NCBI GenBank assembly: GCA_951406725.2
Contig: OX597823.1
Span: 78,740,001-78,804,000, forward strand
Length of the DNA: 64,000 nucleotides
Source: Octopus vulgaris
Lineage: Eukaryota
Direction of reading: 5' to 3'
Shown here: positions 1 to 13,760 of the stretch, one piece after another
How positions within the stretch are numbered: the first letter of the stretch is position 1
Layout: each line of letters opens with the position of its first letter
Made by a program: the position numbers and the translations under genes
Notes under the pieces: generated by a model
Told to the model about the DNA's origin: nothing
What the model saw: the letters and a program-made list of their open reading frames with translations, nothing else
Database searches by the model: none

Positions 1-62
1 ACCAGACCTTTCGTGATCCCCTTAAGACTATGAACTTTTCAACACACCCTCGTGTGTGTGTG

Positions 63-365
63 CACATACATACATACATACGTACATACATACATACATA
101 CATGCATACATACATACATACATACATACATACATACATACATACATACATACATACATACATACATACATGCATGCATGCATGCATGCATACATACGTG
201 CATACATACATACATGCATGCATACATACATACATACATGCATACATGCATGCATACATACATGCATGCATACATACATACATGCATGCTTGCATACATA
301 CATACATACATACATAATACATACATGCATACATACATACATCCATCCATACATACATATACACA
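63..365. repeat. (TACA)n/(TGCA)n microsatellite
   Basis: Tetranucleotide array read directly; explains the HTYI/MYVC ORFs. Confidence 0.95.
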
Positions 366-367
366 TG

Positions 368-590
368 TACAAGAGGGAGTGATGGAAAGTTCATGGTTTT
401 GAGCAAAACAAAATTCAGGACGATCAGTCAAATAAGATTTTATCCAACATATTCCCTTTTCAGGTTTACACACTTATTGCAGCGGTCCTTCAGTTTTTCT
501 AGGTCCTGTAAAAGAACTTGGAATATTGGGTCTCCAGCCAGGCTTTTTGCGATACCCTTAAAGCCAGGAGCTTTTCGGCACCCCCTCGTA
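368..590. mobile_element. Degraded mariner-type MITE
   Basis: Left end tacaagagggagtgatggaaagttcatggtttt versus reverse complement of right end tacgagggggtgccgaaaagctcctggcttt; TA at both ends. Confidence 0.6.
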
Positions 591-617
591 CATACACAAC
601 ACTGGATTATAGCAAAA

Positions 618-1130
618 CTAACAGTATCGCCCGGCGTTGCTCGGGTTTGTAAGGGAAATAACTATATAAGCATTTTTAGAGAGTTACTTCCCTTATAGAT
701 GCCAATTCGGGCTTTCGTAGCCATTTCTGTTTTGGTGTCTTCAAGCCATGAAGTCGTTGTTCTAAAAGAACGCTGGTCTCCTTGACAACGCTTTACGACG
801 TTGATTTCCTTACACTCCCTTCCCCACAGCTTCACGAGGGAGGGAAGAAGGGGGAGAAGCAAACAGGTGCAGGTGTGACCATGGACGCCAACTCCGCCGC
901 CATGGACACACGAAAAATTATGCATTAATATGGAATAAAAAATGATGTTAAATTATTTTTAAAATCGTAGACTCATCGTAGACGCGCGCTAATAGCTAGA
1001 CGGGCTCGATATGAATCACGACTATAAGATACCCGAATTTGGTCAAACTGCACCGCAAAATGTGGGAGGAGTTAGGAATCTAAATCGAAGGGGACAGGCA
1101 CTCACACAACTACAGTTTTATATATATAGA
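618..1130 (-). mobile_element. Non-autonomous Helitron, copy 1
   Basis: On minus strand starts TCTATATATATAAAA and ends with hairpin CCCGAGCAACGCCGGG then TTAG (CTAG in other copies); very similar to 53809-54311. Confidence 0.85.
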
Positions 1131-2019
1131 TATCCGTATATGTTTGAGTTCTACTGTGGAATTTTCGTGGTTTTGTTAGCTTATGATTTAAACAATACAC
1201 ACAATGATTGTTAAATTACAAAAATTTTGAATGTGGAAGACGCTCTGACTGCACAATATACGTCATTAACGACATGACCTCTATACTTGATACAAAAGAA
1301 ACCATTGCATAATTAACAATGGAACACGAAGAATTGGATTTATACACATAAACATGTTACACGCACAAATACATAACACGCGCGCACATACACACACGTC
1401 GTATCTTTGCAAACACACAGAGGTGTGTACGCACGCATACACACGTACATACATTTATGCACACACACACATACACACACATACAGATATATGCATGTGT
1501 GTGTGTATATATACACCGGAGCAAACGAGCTTTCTTCAATGCTGTGATTTGGCAATAGAAAATAACGAGCCACGAACAAGCCTTTAATAAACCACTGTGT
1601 AATCTTTTGGTGCTAGAAATAGCAGCAAAATTCCCTTAAATCAAACCTTGCCACATAGAAAGGGAACTACTCACTGTATAACACAGTCCTGCTCTCTTAC
1701 AAATACTAAAAGACTGGTCAAAATTCTTGAACGATAATCTTCACCAGAACTTTTTAAACTGGCATTCGTTTACGGATATTTCTTCAGGTTTCTGCATTAA
1801 ATAACGGAAAATACGAATCAAGAAAAACATTATTGAAATTTTTGTGTTTGTTATTTGTTATTTTTCTCTCCTCTCTGCAGCAAGCGGTTAATGACTTTTC
1901 AGTTTCGAAAATTCTGTCTGGGCCTTTTTAAATAAACTCTTACATACACACTTACATAAATGTTCGCACAGGCACACATCAAAAATGTACACTGAGAAAC
2001 AAACAAACAAACACACACA

Positions 2020-2050
<31 letters not shown>

Positions 2051-2653
2051 GTGTGTGTGTGCAAAGTGTTCTGCTATTTCTAGCATGTTCTGCGACCGTT
2101 TAGAGATTTCTTCATTTGAAACCGTTGTTTCTGCTACCGTCGTCGTTATTCTGATACAATATCGGTTTTGGAACGGCTGTCCTTCGAAGTTCCGAAACCG
2201 GACGTGGTTCCTCCTGATGATGTCTTGAGCTAACTGGATCCTATAAAGGAGCTGTTGTGGTAGCAGACCACGAAACACGGTTGTAATTCCTTCCTCTTAT
2301 AATTTTTGTTTTACTTCTTAATTTCGTTATTATTTTAGTTTTTTTTTTTTTTAGTATTCTCGTGTTTCCTGCAAGTTACGATTTCAATTTCTTTTGCGTT
2401 TTTGCCACCCCCACCACACTCCATTCTCCTTTCTTTCTCATAAGTTATGGGACTTCGTGTGACAAAATATTATACTAAAACATCTCCGAAATAGCCATCG
2501 ACACATTTATATACAATAGCTGGACTCGTGAAAAATTCATGGAAAACATAAAAAAATGTAAGCATCTGTAAACAGAGTAGCGGTGCTATGAAAAATGTTT
2601 GTATATTATGACCGTCTGTCATAATATACAAAAATGTCTGTATATTATGACCG

Positions 2654-2788
2654 TTTGAGTTCAAATTCTGCCGAGGTCGACTTTGCCTTTCCTCCTTTCA
2701 GGGTTGATAAATTAAGTACTAGTTGTGTACTGAGGTCCATCTCATCAACTGGCCCCCTCCTCACAAAAAATTTCAGGCCTAGAAAAGT
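2654..2788 (+). mobile_element. SINE family B fragment
   Basis: gagttcaaattctgccgaggtcgactttgcctttc core shared with the 23579 copy. Confidence 0.75.
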
Positions 2789-2908
2789 ATATAGTGACAG
2801 TTACAGAATATAGAAAGTAATGTAACACCAATGACCATATAATCCAAACAAAATATCTCAGTTACACAAACGTAAACAGAATTAATATTTAACCTTAAAA
2901 TACATTGT

Positions 2909-3298
2909 GGACTTTTGGAAGCACTCCGTCGGTTACGACGACTAGGGTTCCGGTTGATCCGAATCAACGGAACAGCCTGCTCGTGAAATTAACGTGTAAG
3001 TGGCTGAGCACTCCACAGACACATGTACCCTTAACGTAGTTCTCGGGGATATTCAGCGTGACACAGAGAGTGACAAGGCCGGCCCTTTGAAATACAGGTA
3101 CAACAGAACCAGGAAGTAAGAGTGAGAGAAAGTTGTGGTGAAAGAGTACAGCAGGGATCACCACCATCCCCTGCCGGAGCCTCGTGGAGCTTTAGGTGTT
3201 TTCGCTCAATAAACACTCACAACGCCCGGTCTGGGAATCGAAACCGCGATCCTATGACCGCGAGTCCGCTGCCCTAACCACTGGGCCATTGCGCCTCC
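2909..3298 (-). mobile_element. tRNA-derived SINE family A, full length
   Basis: A-box TGGCCCAGTGG and B-box-like GGTTTCGATTCCC on minus strand; TSD aaaatacattgt at 2897-2908 and 3299-3310; near identical to 12059-12444. Confidence 0.9.
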
Positions 3299-3360
3299 AA
3301 AATACATTGTACATATTCAAAGAACCTTTTTGGTTTAGTGGTATGGAACGTTTCCCTGGT

Positions 3361-3558
3361 ATTCTTTTATTCTTTTACTTGTTTCAGTCATTTGACGGTG
3401 GCCATGCTGGAGCACCACCCTTTAGTCGAAGAAATTGATCCCTGGACTTTTTTCCCTGTAAGTCTGGTGCTTATTCTATCAGTCTCTTCTGCTGAACAGC
3501 TAAATTACAGGGACGCAAACGCACCAACATCGGTTGTCAGGCAATGGTAGTGGTGGGA

Positions 3559-3598
<40 letters not shown>

Positions 3599-3663
3599 TA
3601 CATACATACATACATACATACATACATACATACATACATACATACATACACGCATATATGACG
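3361..3663 (-). mobile_element. SINE family C, 3' part
   Basis: Matches tail and internal microsatellite of the 8989-9442 copy. Confidence 0.8.
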
Positions 3664-3872
3664 AGCTTGGAGGTAGTGGTGATGTAGGCTGGTGTGATTT
3701 TGTGGTTTGCTGGTATGCCGAGAGAGATCCAACGGTCTCTAACTGGTTCCCCGATCTTAAAGGTGTAATGTGAAAACTTAATAATAAAGAAGGTAGAAGC
3801 ATATAAATTTACATAATGTTAGTCAATGAATTAAGCGCTTTCTCATCCTTTATCTCTCTTTACTGCATTATC

Positions 3873-3950
<78 letters not shown>

Positions 3951-4118
3951 CAGACAGAGACACAGAGAGTGCAGGGGGATTTGAATGGTAGGGAGAAAAG
4001 TTGAGTAAAGAAACTATACTACTCCTATTTCTCTGACTAATTTCTTGACAGTGGTTTGAGAGGGGTCTGTATGTTATTTCTCAAAAAAAATTTTTATACA
4101 AACTTGTCTGTGTAATAT

Positions 4119-4489
4119 CTTTTACTTGATTCACTTATAGTACTGCGGCCATGCTGGAGCACCGCCTTGGAGTGTTTAGTCGAAGGACTCGATCCCCGCA
4201 CTTTTCTTTAAGTCAGGTATTTTTTACCATCAAGCATTTTTACCGAACTACTAACGGGTACGAAATAAACCGAGCAGTTGTAGGGTGGCCAACCGCACCA
4301 CCCCACGCACACACAAACATGAATATATACAACGAGCTCCCACCCAGTTTCCGTCTACAAAATTCACTCACAATGCATTGGACAACTCAAGACTATAGTA
4401 GAAGACACTTGCTCAAGGTGCCACGCAGTGGGACTGAACCTTAAACACGTGGTTGAGTAAGCGAGCTTCTTAACTCCACAAGCATGCCT
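4119..4489 (-). mobile_element. SINE family C, diverged copy
   Basis: gcggccatgctggagcaccgcc and gtagaagacacttgctcaaggtgccacgcagtgggactgaacc blocks. Confidence 0.8.
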
Positions 4490-4793
4490 CTTCATAAAGG
4501 GGAAGAATAAAATATATGGCTTGCGTGTTCGTTCTCTAGTTTTTCTTTACAACAGAAGCTCACGCACAGCCAGTTCTCCATCTGTTTCTCTATCGCTCTG
4601 TTTCCCTAATCGCATTTATAGGCTTATACTTTATAGCTTTGGATGAAATTCTTTGACGTGCAGAGTCTATAAAAACAAGAAGAAAAAAACTTTGTTTAAC
4701 CTTGCACTTATTCACAACTGATGTTTTGGTAATTAATAAAGGAATTTTTCGATGTGAGAAATAGTTGAATGTAATGGTTTTCAACATTTAGAA

Positions 4794-4883
<90 letters not shown>

Positions 4884-5079
4884 ACACACACAGACGCACA
4901 CACACACACATACACGCACAGACACGCACAGACACGCACACAACTCCATACATACACGTGTACTCACATATATCCATATATACACACACGCATATATCCA
5001 CACACACGCACACTGTCATATATATATATACAAACACATATATATGTACGTGTGAATGTGTTTGTATAAATATTTGTTT

Positions 5080-5195
5080 GTCGGCATGTGTACGTACATA
5101 CATATAAACGCATATACATCGGCATGTGTACGTACATATACATATAAACGCATATACATCGGCATGTGTACGTACATACATATAAACGCATATAC
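5080..5195. repeat. 39-bp tandem repeat, about 3 copies
   Basis: Unit cggcatgtgtacgtacatacatataaacgcatatacat repeated. Confidence 0.8.
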
Positions 5196-5543
5196 AGAAA
5201 TTTTATTTTGCATATGCACATAATTACACCACATACAGTTATTTTGTAGTCATGTCGTTTATGGCGTGTTTTCTGAAATCAAAAGTTCGCTCTGACATTC
5301 AAGTTTGTAGAAACACTTATCATTACGTATATTGCTAAATCTGAAGAAAGGACAGCTGATTTATGTAATAAAATTCTTTTAATGTATTGCTTTCTTTAGT
5401 TTTAATTACATATTTAAGTCAAAGGGCGTTCTAAGAAAGGTGAAAAAAAATGGATATTTAGATATATCTTTAAGTATAGAAAGAACATTAATATGAAATT
5501 ATTTATTTTAAAATTGTAACATATTACAGGGATGAAGAACGGT

Positions 5544-5602
<59 letters not shown>

Positions 5603-5655
5603 GCATTGAGAGAGGCGCACTGAAAAAGGTATTCAACTTTCTGTAAGCCATTACC

Positions 5656-6400
5656 TGTTGGGTCATCCCATAAATAATGCGGTTTTTATATACATCTTTT
5701 ATTTTTTTGGAATTACAATAAGCAGAGTTCTTTTTCAATTTAGAATATACTCTCCTTAGTTTTCTACAATTGTTTTCAATCTTTCTGGTAGACTTGCAAG
5801 GCCTCTCTTCCGAAATTCACTTGTCCGTGACGAAAAATACTCCTCCAGTACTATTCTGACCACGTCTACAGAATGTAAATTATATAGGGCGGCGAGTTGG
5901 CAGAATCGTTAGCACGCCGGGCGAAATGCTTAGCGGTATTTCATCTGCCGCTACGTTCTAAGTTCAAATTTCGCCGAGGTCGACTTTGCCTTTCATCCTT
6001 TCGGGGTCGATTAAAGAAGTACCAGTTACGCACTGGAGTCGATGTAATCGACTTAATCTCTTTGTCTGTTCTTTTTTGTCCCCTCTATGTTTAGCCTCTT
6101 GTGGGCAATAAAGAAATAATTTATATTTTTTCTGTCCAAATGATTTTGAAGACTGCCGAATAAATGATAATCACATGGGGCAATGTTCGGCAAATATGGT
6201 GGGAAGGGCATCGTTTCCTATTCAAATTGCCCCAGCCTTTGGAAATTCATCCTCGTTGTATGTGGCCGAGCATTATCCTGATGGAAGAACATCTTTCGTA
6301 TTGAAACCAAAGATGGTCGTTTTTCTTCTTGCGCTGACTTAAGCCGCTCAAGCTGCTTGCAGTAGATCTCTTTTGTTATTATTTATGGGATGACCCGATA
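5656..6400 (-). mobile_element. Internally deleted mariner element with nested SINE
   Basis: TIRs gggtcatcccataaataat / attatttatgggatgaccc; minus strand encodes FHQDNARPH and PPYLPNIAPCDYHLF transposase motifs. Confidence 0.85.
5887..6119 (+). mobile_element. SINE family B inside mariner
   Basis: ggcggcgagttggcagaatcgttagcacgccgg head and gcctttcatcctttcggggtcga core. Confidence 0.85.
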
Positions 6401-6652
6401 GATATAATAATATTCGTTCAGAAATTGTGGGTCTTTCATAAGAAATTACAGAAAGTGAGATTATTTGTATTAGTGACAACATTAGTTGCAGCTGGTGTCT
6501 ATTTATGTGAGTTTATGCATAATTGTAGCAGCTTTCATTTATTAATGTTTAGAAAATTTAAAATCCAAGTTGTCAATGTAAACATTAGCTTTTCTGCTTT
6601 TAATTAAATATAAAAAACTGATAACAACTTTAACATTCTCATATACATCACA

Positions 6653-7849
6653 TACGAGGTAGTATCAAAAGGTTCCCGGACTAGCTATGTTTAATGATAA
6701 ATAACTTGTTGTTGTCTGTTCCTTTTCGAGCCACGCCTGGCTCAAAAGGGCCGGTTTCCCGGTTTCCTTGGCGTATAGGTTCCCCACGTGAACGGGACAC
6801 CGGTCCGTCGCAGGTGAGCTGCAAGACGCAGGAGGAAAGAGTGAGAGAAAGTTGTGGCGAAAGAGTCAACCATTACCTTCTGCCGGAGCCGCATAGAGCT
6901 TAGGTGTTTCGCTCATAAACACAGACATCGCCCGGTCTGAGATTCGAACCCGCGATTCCTCGACCGCGAGTTCGCTGCTCTAACCACTAGGCCATGTGCC
7001 TCCACAAGAAATAACTTAAATTTACTTAAATTTTAAAATCATCTTCTTCGACAAAGTCATCACACGCAGCAATACATCAGTTCCAGCGTTCCTGCCACTT
7101 TTGTAATCCGGCTTGGAAGTCATTTTCCGTAAGCGAGTCGACGGTCTTCTGTGATTCGCTTTGCATCTTGACAATGGTGTTAAAACTATGACCCTTGAGC
7201 TGCATTTTCATCCTGGAGAAGAGATGGAAGTCCACAGGTGCTGAATCTAGCAAAATAGGGCGAGTGTGGAAGCGATACCGTGTTGCTTTTAATGAGAAAG
7301 TCACGAGTGAGACGAGCTCGGTGACAAGGTGCATTGACGCCGTGAAGAATCTAATTCTTTGCGCTCCACAGATCCGGTCGCTTTCACCGAATGTCCATCC
7401 TCAAATGCTTTAAAACGTCGTTGATTGTCCTCCAATGTCCTCCAACGATCCTTATGCACAAGCTTGTGAATCATCTCCACATTTCAGGGGGTGACGCTCG
7501 TGGCAGGTCTTCCATATTGCTCATCGTCTTCCATGGACGTTCTTCCGCTTTCGAAACACCCGTGCCATTCATTGCTTCCCTACCGTAAGCTTGCCGAAGC
7601 ATGCTTAATGTCTCCGTAGAAGTCTTCCCTAGTTAAACGCAAACTTTCGCGTTGGTTCTTTGTTCCTGCCCATGACAAAATCGCAGACTATAGCAGACAC
7701 GTGATCAAAAAACCACACAAATTTCCCAACTTGCAAAGTAAACACAATGATATCTCTCGGCACACTACCTCATGAATTTCATCGCTACCCTTACTGCATA
7801 TGTTGGCGCACTACAGAACTAGTCTGGGAACGTTTTGATACCACCTTGT
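6653..7849 (-). mobile_element. Degenerate mariner element
   Basis: TIRs tacgaggtagtatcaaaaggttcccggactag / ctagtctgggaacgttttgataccaccttgt; ORF 7077-7334 has APVDFHLF..MK.QLKG and WQERWN transposase C-terminus. Confidence 0.85.
6708..7005 (-). mobile_element. SINE family A2 (head shared with A, different body) nested in mariner
   Basis: tRNA-like head; (CAA)n tail; TSD aaataactt at 6699-6707 and 7009-7017; homologous to 42517-42820. Confidence 0.85.
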
Positions 7850-8196
7850 CGATAACACCAACAACTTGAATGCATTGATGACAATTAAAGACATGAGATA
7901 ATTATTCTACATTTTATTTCCATAGTTATAAGTTTGAAAAGAAACCAGTCGGAGAACAGCTTCGAATTCTCTGTCTCGGGTGACGAACCCTAAACTGTTC
8001 GCCGATCTCAATCAGTTGCCATTAGCAAATGTATCGCTGTAGGTTGTATCTCTGATTCGTGCCTGGCCGTCACGTAGAGAGAAAATTATAGTGTCGTATA
8101 ATCAGTTGCCGTCCTCTTGGTTTAAGCACGCTTCCCACCGCCACATGTATAATTTTTTATATGAAGACATGGGTCACCGAAGTCGGAAACATTATT

Positions 8197-8266
<70 letters not shown>

Positions 8267-8287
8267 ACATGTGTGAGCGCACGTGTA

Positions 8288-8477
8288 TCTTTTAGATTTT
8301 CAGTCATAGAACTGTGACATTGCTGGGGTACCCCCATGAAGGGTTTAGGCGAATAAATCGACCTCAGTTCTCTTTTTTCTTTAGAATCTGGTACTTATTC
8401 TGTCGGGCAATTTTGCCGAACTGCAAAGTTACGGAGATGCGAAGAAACTAAATGTTCTCAAACGGTGGTAAGGAATA

Positions 8478-8572
<95 letters not shown>

Positions 8573-8652
8573 ACTCATGCGCGCGCACACTTGCATACAC
8601 GCACACACGCAGGCACACACATAGTCGCATACTCACCCCCACACAACCTCAT

Positions 8653-8684
<32 letters not shown>

Positions 8685-8830
8685 CAGGAATTTCCTCAGT
8701 TTTCGTCTATCAAATTCATCCACAAAGCATTGGTTAGCCAAAGGCTACAATAGAAGACATTTGCCCAAGGCAGTGTGCAGTGGGGCTGAACCCTAAACCA
8801 CATGGTCACAAAGCGAGCTTTTTAACCACA
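8288..8830 (-). mobile_element. SINE family C, old copy
   Basis: Diverged tail, (CA)n centre and tagaagacatttgcccaagg head block. Confidence 0.7.
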
Positions 8831-8988
8831 TATACACATGTATGTATCTATAACCTGTGTGCATGTTTGTATACATAGAGTATGGTTGTACCATGGAACA
8901 GTACGCTTCTACGAGCGGTCACATACACACGTTGTATGTGCTTGCTCAAAATGTGTTGATATAAAAGTGACATGTTCAAACAATGCGT

Positions 8989-9205
8989 TACTCTTTTACT
9001 CTTTTACTTGTTTCAGTCATTTGACTGCGGCCATACTGGAGCACCGCCTTTAGTCGAGCAAATCGATCCCAGGATTTATTCTTTGTAAGCCTAGTACTTA
9101 TTCTATCGGTCTCTTTTGCCGAACCACTAAGTTACGGGCACGTAAACACAGCAGCATCGGTTGTCAAGCGATGTTGGGGTGGGGGGACAAACACAGACAA
9201 ACACA

Positions 9206-9256
<51 letters not shown>

Positions 9257-9442
9257 ATATATATGCATATACATATATACGACGAGCTTCTTTCAGTTTC
9301 CGTCTACCAAATCCACTCACAAGGCTTTGGTCTGCCCGAGGCTATAGTAGAAGACACTTGGCCAAGGTGTCACGCAGTGGGACTGAACCCGGAACCATGT
9401 GGCTGGTAAGCAAGCTACTTACCACACAGCCACTCCTGCACC
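8989..9442 (-). mobile_element. SINE family C (tRNA head, CORE-like block, internal microsatellite), full length
   Basis: Minus strand: caggagtggctgtgtggtaag head, ccttggccaagtgtctt CORE-like block, gtaaaaga tail repeats. Resembles described octopus SINEs (recall, not verified). Confidence 0.9.
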
Positions 9443-10207
9443 GTTAATGTAGAATATATTTTTCGATTAGCACGAATTTATTTTTCGATTACCACGACCA
9501 CTTTGTTTATAAGCGCCATCATTATTATGATTCTGTTTTTGTGATAGTGCATGTGTTTTGTATATCTGTATTTGTGAATGCACGTCTTTGTGCACCTGCG
9601 TACATGCATATCAGTACTTACGTTATAACAGCAAATCCTGCAGCAATCTCTGTCTCCGAGAGACACTTCTCGTTCAGCACGCATTTATTGTTTGCTTTCA
9701 AGATGAAACATCCACTGAAAACATGGCTTTATTATCACGTTCTTTCTTATTATTTCTGAAACAAGAGAATAAGGAGCGTAGATGTCCTTGTTGAGAGCTG
9801 CAGATATATCTGACTTTATTGCACTTTAGGCAGTTTCTCAACTGATCTTCTTTGTTAACACGAATGTTTTTATTTAATGATGTTCTATGAAGTCAAAAGG
9901 CCAAAATCCTTTTATCAGCTTTCAGCACTTTAGAATGTTTGTATGAGTGCATGTGTGTGTGTGAATGTGTATGTATGTATATGTGTATGTGTGTGTGTTT
10001 GTGTATGTGTGTGTGTTTGTGTATGTGTGTGTGTTTGTGTATGTGTGTGCATGTGTGCGTACGCTTGCAGCGTATAACACCATATGTTTTAAGTGAAGCC
10101 CGTTACAAAATGATGGCCAACGTAAATCATTTTCAAACTATAAATCTTCCTTGTTGTTCTACTGAAAACATAGATATTCTTCTCCTTATTGTCTGTACTT
10201 AAGATTT

Positions 10208-10266
<59 letters not shown>

Positions 10267-11209
10267 GAGACAGAGAGAGAGAGAGATCTAGTGATTATAA
10301 GCATGAAGTGCAGCGTCAAAATTCTAAAGTTCTGATTAAGTTTTGTATCTCTATCTTCAACAGGTTTTTTATTTGCATTTAGCGGCAGTGATGGAGAACA
10401 ATTGCATTGATATGACGTGCTTCTGAATAACGAGACTAAAGGAATCAACCAACTGTTAAAGTTCAATATTGACTTTATTTCCATATTGTACGAGAACAAC
10501 ATGAAGGCAATATCCATGGGCTGATATAAGTGATACCAAATTGTCATAATCACTTGACAAAATGAAAAAGAAAGCAAAAAAAAACAAAAAAAAAACCCCA
10601 TCTTCCAACGTTCAGTTCCACTTTCAAATTCTCAAATGATCTGTGAAAAAGCAAAGCTTTTTTAAATAATAAAGTGTTTAAGATGATCAGCGGAGAATTA
10701 TTCAACAGCTTCTGCACATTTGTAGACAATTTTAGAAGTTAAAATAATTGAGGAACTGGAAAATCATCGAGTTTCTCAACTGTTTGTGGCACAAGAGTTG
10801 ACACATCAGGCTGATAATACAGAAGAAAGGATGCATAATTACTCTAATTAGGAACTCAGATATTCTGCGTTTGTGAAACAGCGCAAGGCAAACAAGTAAT
10901 ACTACAACTGAAAGAAGCAACAAAACTGACAAAGTTGGGCTGCTGGTGGGAATGACTTTGTCCAAAGAATTTTAATCATTACAAATATCTCTCCGTTTAC
11001 AACTGGTTTCCATTTAGTACACATTCTTTTATATCGATCAACAATCCCTGGGGAAAAATATTACAGGTGACGGGATTATAACTGGAAGGTGTCTGTTTCT
11101 CGGATAATCAATGGTGACCTACACCATGAGTCGGTGCACAAAAAGCGCTCCAAACGTTTTTTCACAAGGGAAAATAAAGAATATTGTTTATAAAAAACAA
11201 TTTTGATAT

Positions 11210-11640
11210 TCTTTTACTCTTTTACTTGTTTCAGTCATTTGACTGCAGCCATGCTGGAGCACCCCCATTAGTCGAGCGAACCGACCCCAGGACTTATTCT
11301 TTGTAAGCCTAGTACTTATTCTATCGGTCTTTTTTGCTGAACCGCCAAGTTATGGGGACGTAAACACACCAGCATCGGTTGTCAAGCGATGTTAGGGGAC
11401 AAAGACACACAAACATACACACACGCACACAGACACACAAACACACACACACAAACACACACACACATATATATACATATATACGACGGGCTTCTTTTAG
11501 TTACCGTTTACCAAATCCACTCACAAGGCTGTTGGTCGGCCCGAGGCTATAGTAGAAGACACTTGCCCAAGGTGCCACGCAGTGGGAATGAACCCGGAAG
11601 CATGTGGTTGGTAAGCAAGCTACTTACCACACAGCCACTC
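11210..11640 (-). mobile_element. SINE family C
   Basis: High similarity to 8989-9442. Confidence 0.9.
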
Positions 11641-11758
11641 ATACTTTCAGAAGTTCATTCTCCTCAACATTCATTCTTTGAATTTTGTACTCCAAGCAAC
11701 GCCGAGTCCACTCACGCACATTCTCTCACATATATAAGCAAGTAAATTCATGCGCACG

Positions 11759-11796
<38 letters not shown>

Positions 11797-12058
11797 CATA
11801 TTTATTGGAAACAGTCTATATTCTCAGAGAAACTAAGAATACATATTGTATTCATATTGTATCAAAAACTAAGTATATATATTGAATAATAGTGTATACA
11901 GCCAAGAATATATTAGAAAAGCAATTATTTTTCAGTGATTAAATAAATTACTATAGAATTGGAATACATATCTTCTAAGAAATTTTTAAAAAATATTAAA
12001 CATAAAATATCTTTTTCTTTTATATATTTGTTGAGTTCGCAATTTGTGCATTTCTATG

Positions 12059-12444
12059 GTGGAAACACTCCGTCGGTTACGACGACGAGGGTTCTGGTTG
12101 ATCCGAATCAACGGAACAGCCTGCTCGTGAAATTAACGTGTAAGTGGCTGAGCACTCCACAGACACGTGCACCCTTAACGTAGTTCTCGGGGATATTCAG
12201 CGTGACACAGAGAGTGACAAAGCCGGCCCTTTGAAATACAGATACAACAGAACCAGGAAGTAAGAGTGAGAGAAAGTTGTGGTGAAAGAGTACAGCAGGG
12301 ATCACCACCATCCCCTGCCGGAGCCTCGTGGAACTTTAGGTGTCTTCGCTCAATAAACACTCACAACGCCCGGTCTGGGAATCGAAACCGCGATCCTATG
12401 ACCGCGAGTCCGCTGCCCTAACCACTGGGCCATTGCGCCTCCAC
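12059..12444 (-). mobile_element. SINE family A, full length
   Basis: Near identical to 2909-3298; TSD gcatttctatg at 12048-12058 and 12445-12455. Confidence 0.9.
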
Positions 12445-12894
12445 GCATTTCTATGACGCTCACTAAGAACCCTCTTCTGATTGGCTAGGATGTACTAATT
12501 TCCGGTAAATCAACATACCCGGACAAAATGCGAACTGTTTGCATCTTTTTCAAGGAATATTCAAAAGCACAGTATATTTGCATGTGTGTGTGAGCGAGTG
12601 AGTGAGTGTGTATGTGTGTGTGTGTGTGTGTGTGCGTTCGTGTGGAAAAGTTCATCTCGCTGATGAAGTCAATATTTATGCTGTTCAGGATAACGTATTA
12701 CTTGGAGCTGCACATATAGTACGGAGATTGCAGTCGACTAAGCGCAGCATCTTCCCTTTATCTTCTCAATCACAGTTTCGACTCGGTTCTATAGGATATA
12801 AACGGGGAGTACGAAACGAACAGCAAAAGCAACCATCATAATAATAATAGTGCTATGTGTAAATGTATATTTTATGTTTTAAGTTAACTCTCTC

Positions 12895-13298
12895 TCTCTT
12901 TACTCTTTTACTTGTTTCAGTCATTTGACTGCGGCCATGCTGGAGCACCGCCTTTAATCGAGCAACTCGACCCCGGGACTTATTCTTTTGTAAGCCCAGT
13001 ACTTATTCTATCGGTCTCTTTTGCCGAACCGCTAAGTAACGGGGACATAAACACACCAGCATCGGTTGTCAAGCAATGCTAGGGGGACAAACACAGACAC
13101 ACAAACACACACACGCATATATATATATACATATATACGACGGGCTTCTTTCAGTTTCCGTCTACCAAATCCACTCAGAAGGCATTGGTCGGGCCGAGGC
13201 TATAGTAGAAGACACCTGCCCAAGGAGTCACGCAGTGGGACTGAACCCGGAACCATGTTGGTAAACAAGCTACCTACCACACAGCCACTCCTGCGCCT
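12895..13298 (-). mobile_element. SINE family C
   Basis: High similarity to 8989-9442. Confidence 0.9.
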
Positions 13299-13303
13299 AT
13301 TTT

Positions 13304-13760
13304 GATTAAATCCTTAAATCCTTAAAAATGCTTCAGCCCGAAGACTGCGGCCATGCTGGAGCACCACCGTTTAATGAGCTACACTAGTATGTGAACCCAC
13401 ATCTGATACGTGGCACTTGATCAACAAGGGAGTTCGACGCCGCTGCCCGCATCTGTGTTTCCTGCCGAGATGTAGGTTCATCTGGAACCCCTGACAAGAA
13501 GAGATCCAGTTTAGTTTTAAAGAAACCCACATCCACACCATGCAGGTCTCTCAGGCATTTAGGAAGGATATTGAAGAGCTGTGGTCCCCTGAAACCCAAG
13601 CTGTTGCAGTATCTGGTCCTGCATTTTGATGGTGATGTTGGGATCCTTGGCACCATGCAGTCTTTCCCAGTAGCTGATATGTTGCATTGAGATGATCTTC
13701 TTAGTGTAGCTTCATTGGATTGCTTCGAGTTCTGATGTTATCTTTATATTGATTACTGTA
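13304..13760 (-). mobile_element. 3' end of a CR1-group LINE (ORF2 C-terminus, 3'UTR, tail)
   Basis: ELEAIQ*SYTKKI..YWERL and GPQLFNILP..FKTKLDLFLSGVPDEP..NSL motifs, paralogous to the end of ORF 19183-20979; short aggattta tail repeats. Confidence 0.85.

Noticed and set aside
1979-2278. 99-aa ORF in GC-richer patch
   Set aside because: No recognisable domain; runs into a microsatellite.
10732-10965. Minus-strand ORF resembling a small membrane protein
   Set aside because: No splice or domain support; the plus strand looks more like a decayed pogo/Tigger N-terminus, too weak to call.
12655-12700. CTGATGA possible hammerhead
   Set aside because: No GAAA/UH partner or stems nearby.
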